Assembly (NCBI GenBank): GCA_051047955.1
Contig: JBPGPT010000011.1
Coordinates: 310,001 to 374,000, forward strand
DNA: 64,000 nt
Direction: 5' to 3'
Source of the DNA: Cystobasidiomycetes sp. EMM_F5
Taxonomy: Eukaryota
The notes below the pieces were generated by a model, which did no database searches, had not been told where the DNA came from, and was given only the letters and a program-made list of their open reading frames with translations. Position numbers and translations under genes: made by a program. Of this stretch, positions 52,910 to 64,000 are shown piece after piece. How positions within the stretch are numbered: the first letter of the stretch is position 1; each line of letters starts with the position of its first letter.

Positions 52910-54377
52910 TCAAAGATGGAAGTCATCGCCTCCGCCCCTGCGTTTCCAGACTGCGTCTATTCCCATGTCAAACAACCCATCATCCTTGATGTTTACGACT
53001 GGCTGACCAGAACTGCTGGGAGGATTACGAAATATGACATTCTTTGTCTGCTTGCGAATGATAGTCAGCTAGCAAGTACTTTTATACTAGTGCACTCTGT
53101 GCTGCTCACTATTCCCAATGTCAGGTGGATGCCCGCTGAATCAAATTTGTACGCTTCAAGCGGAGTGTCATCGCTCAGATGCCGAATATTCTTCGTCAGT
53201 ATCTCAGCTTGGACCATGCCCCTATTTATGTTTGAGCGTCAAGTCTCTACAGCAGCGGGATTATGCACCAGCTTACGGTCGTGCCGCCTTTGGCGCTCCG
53301 GAGTTGGATATATCACCGACGACAAAAATATTAGGAAAGCGGTCATCGTCTATCTGTAGTGTTGGTTTTGTAGAGATGAAGCCCGAAGAGTGCAATGCAT
53401 TTGGAGCAAAGGTGGCTATTAAATCGGATTGCGGCGTCTGTCCGGTTGCAATGATCTGTTGATTTGATGTGAGATAAAGTAAGATTAGAATTCGAGCGGA
53501 ATCAGACCCACAGCGAAATCAGTCTCAACTTTTGAGCCATCCTCGAGATCAATGGCAAAGGTGCGGTCGAGCGGGTATCCCTGACTCGGTAATCTGACAC
53601 GGGAACCCAGAGCCAGCCTTACACCGAGTTCTTTGGCCCGAGCTTGGATAATATCGTGCAGACCGCTGTGAAATCGGTTCATTACTTGATTCCGCGAGTG
53701 GATGAGCGTCACTTGTTTTTCGGGATACAACTCCTTGATGTCCATTGCCATCTGTACTCCGACTGCGCCAGCACCTATTATTGCTATTCTCTGCGCTTGT
53801 CTGACTTGGCGAGCGTGCTTCTCGAGGTAGGCCACCGCGTCTAGCTTTTCTAAATCTGGTAGCGTGCTTGGCGGTGTGAGCTTTGTCCCAGTCGCAATGA
53901 TCTAAGCAGGGGCGCATTGTTTAGCGGGATATGTAATATACAGGAGGTGCATAGACATACGAGATACGTGTAGGGAATGGCATCAGTCTTTTGTCCGTCC
54001 AGGTCGACTTTTCGGTCGAGCTGCAAGTCTTGCTTGGTGATACTCTGGACGCGAGCTCTCACGACCCTGCCAGAGTCGGGAGGGCAGTCTGCAAAGGTTC
54101 CCGGGGTATACGGAATGAAGGCCTTGTGCTTGTCTATGCCTGTAGCGACTGCAAACCTCGGAAAGGCAAAGAGGTGCTGAAAGTGCGAGTTCTTCTCTAT
54201 CAGCAGTACCCTGTACTGGGAGTGGAATGCTTGAGCCAGCTGCTTTGCGGCCATTACGCCGACGTAGGATCCACCGACGACGACGATGTTTGGGAGCGGC
54301 ATTGTATGATGTGATGGCTTGTGCAACAGGTAGGCGTAGAGGATGCAGAGAGCAGACACGACCAGCAGAACCTTCAT
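52910..54377 (-). CDS. AIF/AMID (FSP1)-like FAD-dependent NAD(P)H oxidoreductase (start 54377 or 54302)
   Basis: IVVVGGSYVG, HLFAFPRF, IIATG, IAIIGAGAVGVQMA, IFVVGDI; ends GGGDDFHL*. Confidence 0.9.
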
Positions 54378-54406
54378 CCGGGTGCAGAGTCGGGCATCGC
54401 ATCAGT

Positions 54407-54416
54407 AATCAGATAA
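54407..54416 (+). promoter_or_regulatory. Candidate iron-responsive GATA-repressor site AATCAGATAA
   Basis: Exact match to RATCWGATAA (SreA/Sre1-type consensus), just upstream of the oxidoreductase. Confidence 0.5.
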
Positions 54417-54762
54417 AGATGAAAATATCCTCGGACAAAAGTCCGGACAGTCCGAGCTGATGGTGATGGCCGAGCAGACGCAAATAACATTACTAATGAT
54501 GGATGCAGCGCCGCATTAATATTCTAAGAGATAGCGTGGACATGTTCTAATGTTGACTGGCACTCATAACCGGCATAGCATGCTGGTCTATCCTGCATGA
54601 TCGAAGCCAATTGCAATTGAGGTCATTCATGACCCGAATTGTTCAATTTTGTATCTTCTGCTAGACTATAACCTGCCCAATTCTGTCATAGCCTGAGACT
54701 ACTGCCTCTCTGAATAACCTCGTAGACACAGTCCAAGCCTCTCTCGTCAGCGAATCTGACCA

Positions 54763-56366
54763 AGTATGCACGACGATTTCTCGCAAAGGCTCAATGTGTT
54801 CACGATTTACTGATACTATCACCTCGCCCTCCTTCAGTGCCTTCTCCCGCTCTGCAGAACCTCGAAAGCTTGCCTCGGACGCCATTAGCGTCATCGCCTT
54901 CGTCGACTGGTCCAAACTCCACAAATGTGTCGCGTCCCAGCTCGCGAAAGCAATCTAGCACAGCGCATGCTGGAACAGGCGGGGGTTCTCTCCATGCTCT
55001 AGCCGCCATCCGAAACTTTCAGCGAGAACAGGAAAAGGCCAGCGGAAAACGGGTCACCGAGGGCAACGGACAGGTGGAGGAAGCAAGCGATGATGTAGGA
55101 GTGCCAATGCATGATCAGCCGCAGGCGGCATCAAATTCTGCTGCTAGACCAGTGCAACCCAACGGCCAGACTCTGCCCCCAAACGCTGCGCCATCTACAA
55201 TTTCCATCGCCCAAAAGAAAGACGTACCAGTACATGCAGCTAAGCATGAGCAGGATACCTCTCCGGTCGAACGTGCTAAGCGAATGGCAGCTTTCCGTGC
55301 CGTTGATGCTCATATCAAACCTCACCATCGCGTTATTGGTATAGGCTCTGGCAGCACCGTTCCCTACGTGGTGGATCGTATACTACAGCTTGGTCGGGCA
55401 GCCAACGCCAAAAGATGGGTAAGTGCAACTTGATTCTCTACTGATGAGTATCGACCGTACCATTCTCCTGACAAGCGCATCCAGTTTATACCCACAGGGT
55501 TTCAATCGAAAGAATTGATTGTCAATGCAGGCCTGAATCTGGGGGATGTCGACCAGTTTCCGAAAATTGACGTCGATATAGACGGTGCCGACGACGTCGA
55601 CCTCGCTCTTAATGCAATCAAAGGCGGTGGAGCGTGTCATTTGCGCGAAAAGGTGCTGGCAGAAGCGGCAGACGAATTTGTCATTGTTGCGGATCATCGC
55701 AAAAATAACCGCTTGCTTGGCAGGGTGAGTGGATTTCTATCCCGTAGCTGTGAGGCGCTTCCTTATACGTCCGTCTAGGCTTGGAAGCAAGGTATTCCGA
55801 TCGAGACGCCTCCTTTCGCATACTCCAAAGGTAGCCTTTTGACACTATCGATAATATCAGAAATGCTAACGCAGCTCTTGCAGTTCTTGCAAACTTGCAG
55901 CGGATCCCGGGCTGTATGAATCCTAAATTGCGTATGGCACAAGCGAAAGCTGGGCCCGTTGTGACGGTAAGCTGCCCTTTGTCGCCTTCCCGAGACTGAA
56001 CTGACATTTAATGCGAAGGACAATGGCAACTTTGTCATTGACGCTCCCTTCGACGAAGCGCACATGCGAGAGCCAGCTGCCCTCCTCCTTAAACTAAAGA
56101 TGCTGACTGGGGTCGTCGAAGTCGGACTTTTCTGCGGCATGGCACGAGCCGCCTATTTCGGTAACGAGGATGGAAGCGTCACAGTAAGGTGGTCGGATGG
56201 TCAATCCGAGACTCTCACGGATGGACAGACTCCTAGTATAACCCGCGAGACTATCGATGAAACGCAGACGCCGGCAGAGGCGCTGCTGCTCGTAGATGGT
56301 TTCAGAGACGGCGGTTCGGAGGCAACACCAGAAGTGCTTCGAGACAGGTTGGAGAAGCTGCTGTAG
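54763..56366 (+). CDS. RKI1: Ribose-5-phosphate isomerase A with long N-terminal extension
   Basis: [72 protein letters not shown] split by intron 54764-54837. Confidence 0.95.
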
Positions 56367-56592
56367 ATGCGACTTCACATTTCGGCAGCCGCATGTCTGT
56401 CATCACAATTTCTGCGAAGACGGACCCTGCCTTATCGGCTTCGTTGCGCTAGGCTGTGCTGCTGCGCCAGGCCGTGCAGGCAAGTGCCCAGCCTCTTATC
56501 TGGCCTCGTGTATGCCTCCTCACTTGTCTTCAACATCACTCACAGGCTTCTCGTCTCTGGTGTACGCTCACCCTCCGTCGTTGTATCTGGCC

Positions 56593-57116
56593 ATGTCGTC
56601 AACCGCATCCAGTGCCACAAGTACTCCAGGCAACTCGCGTCGCTCATCGCTGTTCGCAGATTCTGGCAGCGTGACGCCTGCGACTTCTCGAAGTAGCGTA
56701 TCTGGCGCGTCTGTAGGACACCATACGCCAGTGGGCCCGAACACGCTTTACCAGCAAGTCATGGATCCGGTACCACCTGCATGTGTTGCAGTAGATCAGC
56801 GTGAAAAGCTTTTGAAATTACGGCAACAATATACGCGACGCTTGGCAGCCCTTCAAGCGCCAACAGGGTCTAGTACACCCTCGCGGTAAGTCGTTGCAGT
56901 CGCAGTAGATTAGCCTGCTGACGGCCTCCGGGACAGGCTATCGGCCAGAGAGCAAAACAAGAGAGCAGTCAATCGATATAAGGAGATTGGCAGGCTAAGA
57001 ACGCAACTGGCAAGAGTCACTCAATACTTGTATGGCACGTACAGCTTAGACGATATGCTTCTGCATTAATCTGCAGTTTCCAGATTGAGCTACACCAAAG
57101 GATGTTCTTCGTCTGA
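56593..57116 (+). CDS. Small hypothetical protein (S/T-rich N-terminus, basic helical C-terminus)
   Basis: ATG 56593; GTAAGT and GTATGG introns join in-frame exons ending ...FFQIELHQRMFFV*. Confidence 0.5.
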
Positions 57117-57128
57117 TCAGCAGCCGAC

Positions 57129-60100
57129 TCAAGCATCTTCGCTTGCACTACTTTCTGCATCGCTTGAATCTACCCCAAACACGACAAAAGCTTTGACTCG
57201 CTCCTGATTGCTGCCACCTGGTGCACTATTTCTGCGAGTCCTGACTGTATTTTGAGCATTGCTTTGCTTTTTGAAGTCCTCTGCACGAGGCGTCCTGTCT
57301 TTACTGTTTCGGCTGCTTTGTGGATCTCGAATCGCATACTGCCGCAGGTGACGAGGCTCGTTCATTTGTTGCTCTATGTCGCGATACTCTCGATCAGCAG
57401 ATTTTGGTACAGATGCTGCGGAGGCAGGCGGGTGTACCGCAGGTTCGCCTGATTGGCGGGCGTTCTGTGCGTCCAGCTGTGACGAAGTCGGAGACTGAGC
57501 GGATTTTGACTCTGGAGAGACGTCATCAATGTCGAAAGTCCCATCATCATCCTCTTCGTCCGGAGAAGGTTTCGAACTATCGACGTTGTTTGCCGCCAAA
57601 GATCGGGCGACATTAACCGTCGCACTGCCACTGGAAGAAGTACCGTAACCGGACTCGGCTTTCGCCTTCGAGTCATCGGGATCGTGTGGTTCATCGCGAC
57701 TATGTTCGACGACTACAAAGGACTTTTGACGCTGCCGTTCATTCCACTTCAGCGTACGTTGAATGGCCTGGAACCAATCCGTGCTTTGCTTGTCGGCACA
57801 GACAGTTGGGAAAGGGTACGATGATGCCGTCACCTTGATGTGGTCGCCCTCTGTAATAAGATCCCCACATCAGCGTGAATACAAGCGACAATGCTGGAGA
57901 GAGGCTCACGGCGCAGCTCAACTCGTCCCCTGCCATCAAACGATGCCCAGGCCGTCGAACGAGAATTATAAGGCACACATATGCGCAACTCCATACTGTC
58001 TGGCAATAGCATCGGCCGGAAGGAGAGTGTGTGCGGACATATCGGTGTGATGAGGAGAGTAGGGATTTCGGGATGGACGAGGGAGCCTCCGGCGGACAGC
58101 TGTACAGGCACAGTCAAACATTGAAGTCATCGTTTCATTCTCAAGTTCGATACTTACCGAGTATGCGGTAGAACCTGTAGGAGTAGCTACGCATAGACCA
58201 TCGGCTTGTACCGTCGTCATGTGGTGCTCGTCGCCAAAGAGCTCAAGAAGGGAAACGTACGGACTTGGCCCACGATCGACGACAAGATCGTTGAGAACTT
58301 CAAAACTTTCTGCGGGTCTGGTAATTGAAAATGCCAGTTCGCGATCTCTGCCACCACAATGGTATGAATTTGCATTTGAAGGCGGAATAGGCGTGTTTCC
58401 ACTTTCGATGGCTTGCCATCCTGTGGAACGCAATGTCTCCATGAAGATCTGCCCCGTCTCGCCCGATCGAACACATCGACGCCGTTCTTCTTCTTCGTCC
58501 TTGTTTACTGCCCTATAGATTGTAGCAGTAAATCGCATGCGTAGGTTGACTCGCACACCATCGTTGATGGCGCTGTCCAGCACCTTTTGGTGGTTGCTGT
58601 AGTCAAAATTAGTCAAGAAACCCAACGACCCAAGAGCGAAGGGGATGACGGGCGGGACGACATGCTGAAACAGCCAAGAAGTGAATAGCACTGTTCCGTC
58701 CCCGCCCAACTATGGATACGTCCAATATCATTTGTTGGCCCACGAACCGACCAATGAGTGCAACAAACTTACCGTAACAACCAGATCGAACAGTTGAGGA
58801 TTTTTGGAACACATTTCCGCCGTCCAATATCGCAACAGACCCTGTTCGTCGTTGGAAGCATTTGATGTGCCTACAGAAGGACTTCCTGGCACAGACGTTC
58901 CCTCTGAGCCATCTCGAACATTGCCCATACTTTGGCTGTGGCGGCGAGAAGCCTCCCGTTCTAATTGCCTATTGACGAGTGCTTCCGTCAAACGAGTTAG
59001 CGGTTTACCATTCGCAAGCGAATTGGAGGAGGCAAGACCAGGCGTAGAAGCGCCCGATGTTGGATTTGACGAGTAGCCCGACACACTACTTCCACTCGTC
59101 ATGCCGAGCAGGTTGAGTGCAGAAACGGAGGATGAAGACGAACGACGAGAGGCGCGAGAGCTGAAAGATTCTTTGTGATGGTGATGTGAATGATGGCCGT
59201 GATGGTGGTGGTGATGTTGTGCGTGCGCAGTATTGGATCGGAACAGATCTGGATTGTCCCGCTCCAAACCTGCAGCATCGAATCGCTTGCTCTTTCTCAA
59301 CTGCGCATCGACGTACACGATCATCCCTCGAGTCTTGCCGGGTCGGGGCGTCTTCATCAGATACAGTGCGACTTCTCTCGTTAGCTTGATGAGCTGGTTG
59401 TCTCTTGCTTTAGTGACAATGAGGACCGATTGTATATTGCTCTTTACGCGTGCTCTTCCAAGTTCGCGCGACATTTCGCGTACAGACACAGCCGTCTCGG
59501 CGAGCTGACGGGTGAGTGATCTCCCGTCATCATCATAGTCCTCGTCATCTTCGTATGCATCGTCAGACTCGTCTTCTTCGTCGTCGTCATCGTCGTCGGA
59601 TTCTTCCTCGACTTCCGACAGCTCGAGGGACTGCTCCCTACTGTCATCCAGACTTATTCTGAAGCCATCGCGGTGGTAAGAGGAAGGAGAAGGGTATGCT
59701 TCGTTGCTAGTGTTAAAGGATCCAGCGTGAGTTGCCGACGACGAAGACGCTTTCGACAGTGCTATCGCCGAGCCAGAAGTGGATGACTGCGCAGCGGGGC
59801 CACTTTCATCTGGCTTCGGCTGCGCTGAGCGCTGTTGCTGCCTCTGTCGGCCCAGTCGACGCTTTCTCCGACGTTGACGCTGCTCTACCGATTTGCGTTG
59901 CCGTTCCTCCTCGGCTCTCCGCAGCGACTCTTCGAGCGACGAAGTGATGTGTACCGAGCTGGGCGTGGATACTCCCAACTGAGGGCGTGCGGGGATTGTC
60001 AGTACTTGGGATGCTCCTGGTGTGGTAGGACTGGTCGACGCAGCCAGATTGCCCGTACTTCTTTCTGCAGGATGAGCTTGTGCAGCACCCGAACGCTCCG

Positions 60101-60350
60101 ACACGCGCTTGTTTACTGCCGTCGACGCACTGTGCGATAGTATCGTCGAATCCTCAGCTGGCCCATCAAACGTCACTCGTTTGCCGGAATTTGGAGGGTC
60201 AGCCATGCTTCCCGACGACATGTGCGATACAGAAGTCGGTGTACTCGTAGCATCGAGCTCTGCAGCGCTGCTCGTCATGGAATCATGGCATACGTCGTGT
60301 TCGACTGACGGTAGCTGGATGCAGAGCCCGCGAGACGCAGAAGGCGGCAT
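57129..60350 (-). CDS. UTR1: ATP-NAD kinase (Utr1/Yef1-type, cytosolic)
   Basis: [76 protein letters not shown]. Confidence 0.95.
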
Positions 60351-61103
60351 GGATGACAACGCAATGTCACCAAGTAATACGAGGCTGAGTCGTTGAATAA
60401 TATTTAAACTATACGGACTGCGTCTGCATTCTAGGCTTCCCAGCGCAGTCGAGGCCGCTTGGTTCCATCACTACAGTAGGCATCGCAACCAAGTGTCCGG
60501 TAATGTATGAGAAGTCGGCGGACGTCTTCGCCTGGCAAGTATGGTCTCATGCTAACGAGGACTTTACGCTTAATTCACAGCATCTAGACATCAATGCACG
60601 CCGTGTGCCCTGTAACCGTCGCGAAAGATTGCCGTTATTCTGGAATTGCTGCGACGTTAACGTTGGCCTTAAGTTAACTACTTCTTTTCACCACAGACGC
60701 GATTCAGCCCTTCCAGCCTTCCGAAATGTCTATGGTCGATGCAGCCAGATACACCGGATGACTTGTGTGAGGGGAAGCGGGACCGCCGTACTACCAGTTT
60801 GTGCTTCATACGCCTGTCCGAAATCCGGAGTTGCAGGCAATGAGTCTGGCGGCATCCTACTCGGCTGCAAATGTCTTTGAAATGTGAGTGCACAGCAACT
60901 GTGATGACATGAGTACAGCAAGTGTCCTCGACGACGAAAATCTTCCTTTGGCCGTTTGCAAGGAAAACGAACGATTTGCATGGCGCTTTGAGTGGGCGTT
61001 CCGTCTGCTGTAGACCGTTGATAATTGTGTCCAATCATTGTTCAGAGCATGTGTCTTCTTGCGTGGAAGGTCTAGCGCGATCAGTTGCGTTTAGTCGCCA
61101 AGA

Positions 61104-61113
61104 GATCAGATAA
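61104..61113 (+). promoter_or_regulatory. Candidate iron-responsive GATA-repressor site GATCAGATAA
   Basis: Exact RATCWGATAA about 60 nt upstream of the ferric reductase ATG; an extra TGATAA near 61019-61024. Confidence 0.6.
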
Positions 61114-61172
61114 CTCCGACTGCAGTGCCTGCGAGCTTCTAATCCCTGTCTATCAACGGCGCAGTTGCAGCC

Positions 61173-63119
61173 ATGGCCACGTCTGCAGTGCTGCTGCCTC
61201 GTCACGATGAGGCTCCCGATATGCCAGATCCATACGATGCTTCCGGAAAGTACTCGCTCGGGGTCGTCGGATTCATCGCCGGCTTCATCGTAGTCTTTGC
61301 TATAGCAAGGCAGCTGGCGCATCTCCGACAACGTCGCCAGTCATCCGGGTACTCTGCGAAAGCTCTTCCGGTAGTCGTTGCCAAACCGCTGGCCGTTTAC
61401 AGATGTCTCGCGACAAAGCAGGTCGTCCTGCCATGGCTGAGATGGAGGCTGCCAGTCCTCGGGACTACCCTTCTGATAGCGGCCTTTTCTGTGTTCATGT
61501 TCATATGGACTTGGTCGGTTAGACCATACTACCGCGCGACATGGAACACTGGAAGTCCCCCACTGGCCATTCGCACGGGCATGATGGCTCGTCAGTCTTC
61601 TTCCATCTGCTGAATTATTATAGCACTAATCGTCAAAGTTCTACAAACGCAGTCGGCTGCTTCCCATTCATCTTTGCATTCGCGTCGAAAGTGAATGTCG
61701 TCACGTTTGTAACCGGAGTATCGCATGAAAAGCTGCAGGTCTACCATCAGTACCTCAGCCACATCTTCCTCTTCCTGTCATGGGTGCACACAGTTCCCTT
61801 CCTCATCCAGGGACTGACCGAATATAAACCAAACTATTCTCCGCCGACTCTTCAGCTAAACTATAGCATGCTCGTCGTTCGCAAGTGAGTGGAGGCAGCA
61901 GGTGTGCATTTGAAGCCAAGGTTGATGGTCTCCTTCTGCTCTCCTTGTACAGAGTCTACTACTGGACAGGCGTAATTGTAAGCTTTGTAGGTCAACGGGC
62001 TCCACAGTACCAAGACTGATTTGCTCGTTCTAGTTACTCGTACTACTTGCCATTCTCTGCTGGGGCAGCTTTCCGGTGTTCCGTCGACGCAACTACGAGG
62101 TCTTTAAATGGCTACACATCGTCTCGGCTTTGCTCTTCATTCCATTCTTCTTCTTACATTGCAATCGGCTGCTAGGCAGTTGGGAGTATCTGTATGCAAC
62201 AGCAGTATTGTATGGACTGGCCGTCATCGGACGCTTCATCTACCTTTTCCTACTCAACGGCGCTGGCATACCACGGGCGGAATGCGAGGTCGTACCCGGC
62301 GGGATGGTGAAATTGAGAATCCGTTCCAACCCTATGGACAAATGGAGGCCAGGGCAGCACTACTTTATCAACTTTCTGACATGCGAGCCCTTTCAATCGC
62401 ACCCTTTTACACTGGCCAACATTCCCACGCAAGTCGTTCGAAACGGTCACATACACGAACAGGAGATGGTTCTCATCATTCGCGAAGCAGCTGGTCTCAC
62501 GCAGAAATTGAGGTCTAAATTGGAGAAATCACAAGCAAAGTCTCTGCCGGTACTCCTCGATGGACCTTATGGAGGTGTCGAAGCAGAGTTTTCGCAGTAT
62601 GACAGCGTACTCTTGCTCGCTGGAGGTGTGGGAATTACCTTTATCCTCCCGATCCTCCAGGATCTGGTACACCAAGTCGAGCACCACTGCATCTGTAAAT
62701 CCGTGGAGCTCATCTGGTCAGTACGAACTGCCGGTAAGTTAGATCCTCGTGTTGTGCTTGAAGGACAAGCTGAAACATTCACTACAGACTCTATCGAGTG
62801 GATTAGGAATGAACTGGAAACGATCCTCGATGCCGCACCAAAAGGCTTTTTCAAGCTCGACATCCGCGTCACGCGGGAGGAAGTGGAGAAAGCAGATGAG
62901 TATGACGAGCTGAAACCCGTCCGTGGGCGGATCGACGTTTCAGACAGGATACATACAGCGGCAGCAGACTGCCTTTCTCTAGGCGTAGCTGTTTGTGGGC
63001 CTGCGAGTCTCGTTTTAGACGCAAGAAACGCCGTTGCAAGTATCGAGAGCAACATCGTCAAAGGGAATGCAAAGGGCGCAAAGGATGTCTATCTGCACTC
63101 TGAAGAGTACTCGTGGTAG
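61173..63119 (+). CDS. Ferric/cupric reductase (FRE family)
   Basis: TM helices with heme His pairs (YHQYLSH...VHT; LHI...LHC), QSHPFTL (FAD), LLDGPYGG, LLAGGVGITF, VCGP, HSEEYSW. Confidence 0.95.
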
Positions 63120-63394
63120 GTAGCGGGAAAGCGGGAAGGAAGTCGCTGGGGGAACTGTGCATATCGTTCATTCATCAAGAGAACGTAAGTAGTTACTGCA
63201 TCAGCATAGCACAGACGTAGCAAGCAGCATAGTACATAGTCTCCCAATCAATCACATTCACTCGCTCTGAATGTCTTGCTCTCTTTGCGTTTCTGTCGAT
63301 TTTTCCATCCCGATCAAAGCAAGCCTGCCTGGAATTGAATGAGAGCCCGGAGCCCGACTGGCAAACCAGGTCACCATACACATATCTGCAAATC

Positions 63395-64000
63395 ATGGCT
63401 AGAGGAGGAAAGGCAAAGGGCGAGCCAAAGCAGCGCAGCGTCAGTCTACGCGGAATCTATGCCAGAAATCGTCGACGGTCCAGGACATGCTCGATCAGTG
63501 CTGCCAGCTATGCAACGAGAATATTGCAGAGGGACAGCAGCGGGGAGCTGGGACTGTTATGGAGACGATACTGGTACAATACGTCGAAAGAACCGAAGTA
63601 CTGATTTGTTTTGTGTCGGGAACTGACAGGCGCTCAACGAGGTTGTGACGAGGGACTACTCCATCAACCTGCACAAGCGGACAAGAGGGCTAGGATGGAA
63701 GCACGTATGTTGCTTTAATTTGATACGCGATGTCGGTGTATTCTGACGCAAGACTATCCTGTGTAGCGTGCACCAACAGCCATTAAGGAGATTCGCGAAT
63801 TCGCACAAAAAGCAATGGGCACAAAGGATGTCCGAATCGATCCCTCCCTCAATGCGGCGACGTGGCAGTTGGGTATCAAGTCTGTGCCAAGACGAGTACG
63901 CGTCAGATTGTCCCGTACGTCGCCGGATGCCCCACCTTTTTTCAAGGAAATAGAACGACGGGCTGATGATATCCGCGCTGAATAGGCAAGCGTAATGATG
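63395..64000 (+). CDS. RPL31: 60S ribosomal protein eL31 (partial, runs off the window)
   Basis: [19 protein letters not shown]...[29 protein letters not shown]...[19 protein letters not shown]. Confidence 0.96.

Noticed and set aside
52910..52921. C-terminal FHL of the oxidoreductase as a PTS1
   Set aside because: Phe at -3 is a poor fit to the consensus; insufficient support.
54607..54626. CCAAT plus CAATTGCAATTG palindrome as a HapX bipartite site
   Set aside because: Does not fit the CSAAT-N12-RWT spacing.
56364..56696. Read-through of the RKI1 stop into a 109-codon in-frame ORF
   Set aside because: TAG-A is not a leaky context and the extension has no PTS1 or recognisable motif.

Overview
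Gene-dense, intron-rich eukaryotic DNA, most likely a compact basidiomycete fungus (inferred from short GT-AG introns with CTRAC/CTRAY branch points, micro-exons and gene content). I can support about 26 spliced protein-coding genes: BDF1, KRE6, an acyl-CoA synthetase, an RlpA/DPBB secreted protein, a Ubl+TM protein, a P450, a Pcl/Clg1-type cyclin, a lactonase-family propeller interrupted by an in-frame stop, an F-box protein, RPL13, a C1orf74-like protein, tricalbin, a secreted (alpha/alpha)6 glycosidase-like protein, a Rab GTPase with a ~210 aa insert, MLC1, RSM7, RPE1, a C2H2 factor, an AIF/AMID-like oxidoreductase, RKI1, NAD kinase, ferric reductase, RPL31 (partial) and several orphans. 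I found no RNA genes, transposons or CRISPR arrays. The strongest hidden signal is RPE1 ending TGA-CTA, with read-through adding LVAKAASKL*, a cryptic peroxisomal PTS1. Other notable items: a 47.6-63.1 kb block enriched in pentose-phosphate/NADPH/redox genes with two exact RATCWGATAA iron-repressor boxes; an RKI1 start codon created only by splicing (A|TG); four GC-AG introns. Exon boundaries were read by eye and family calls come from motif recognition, not database searches.
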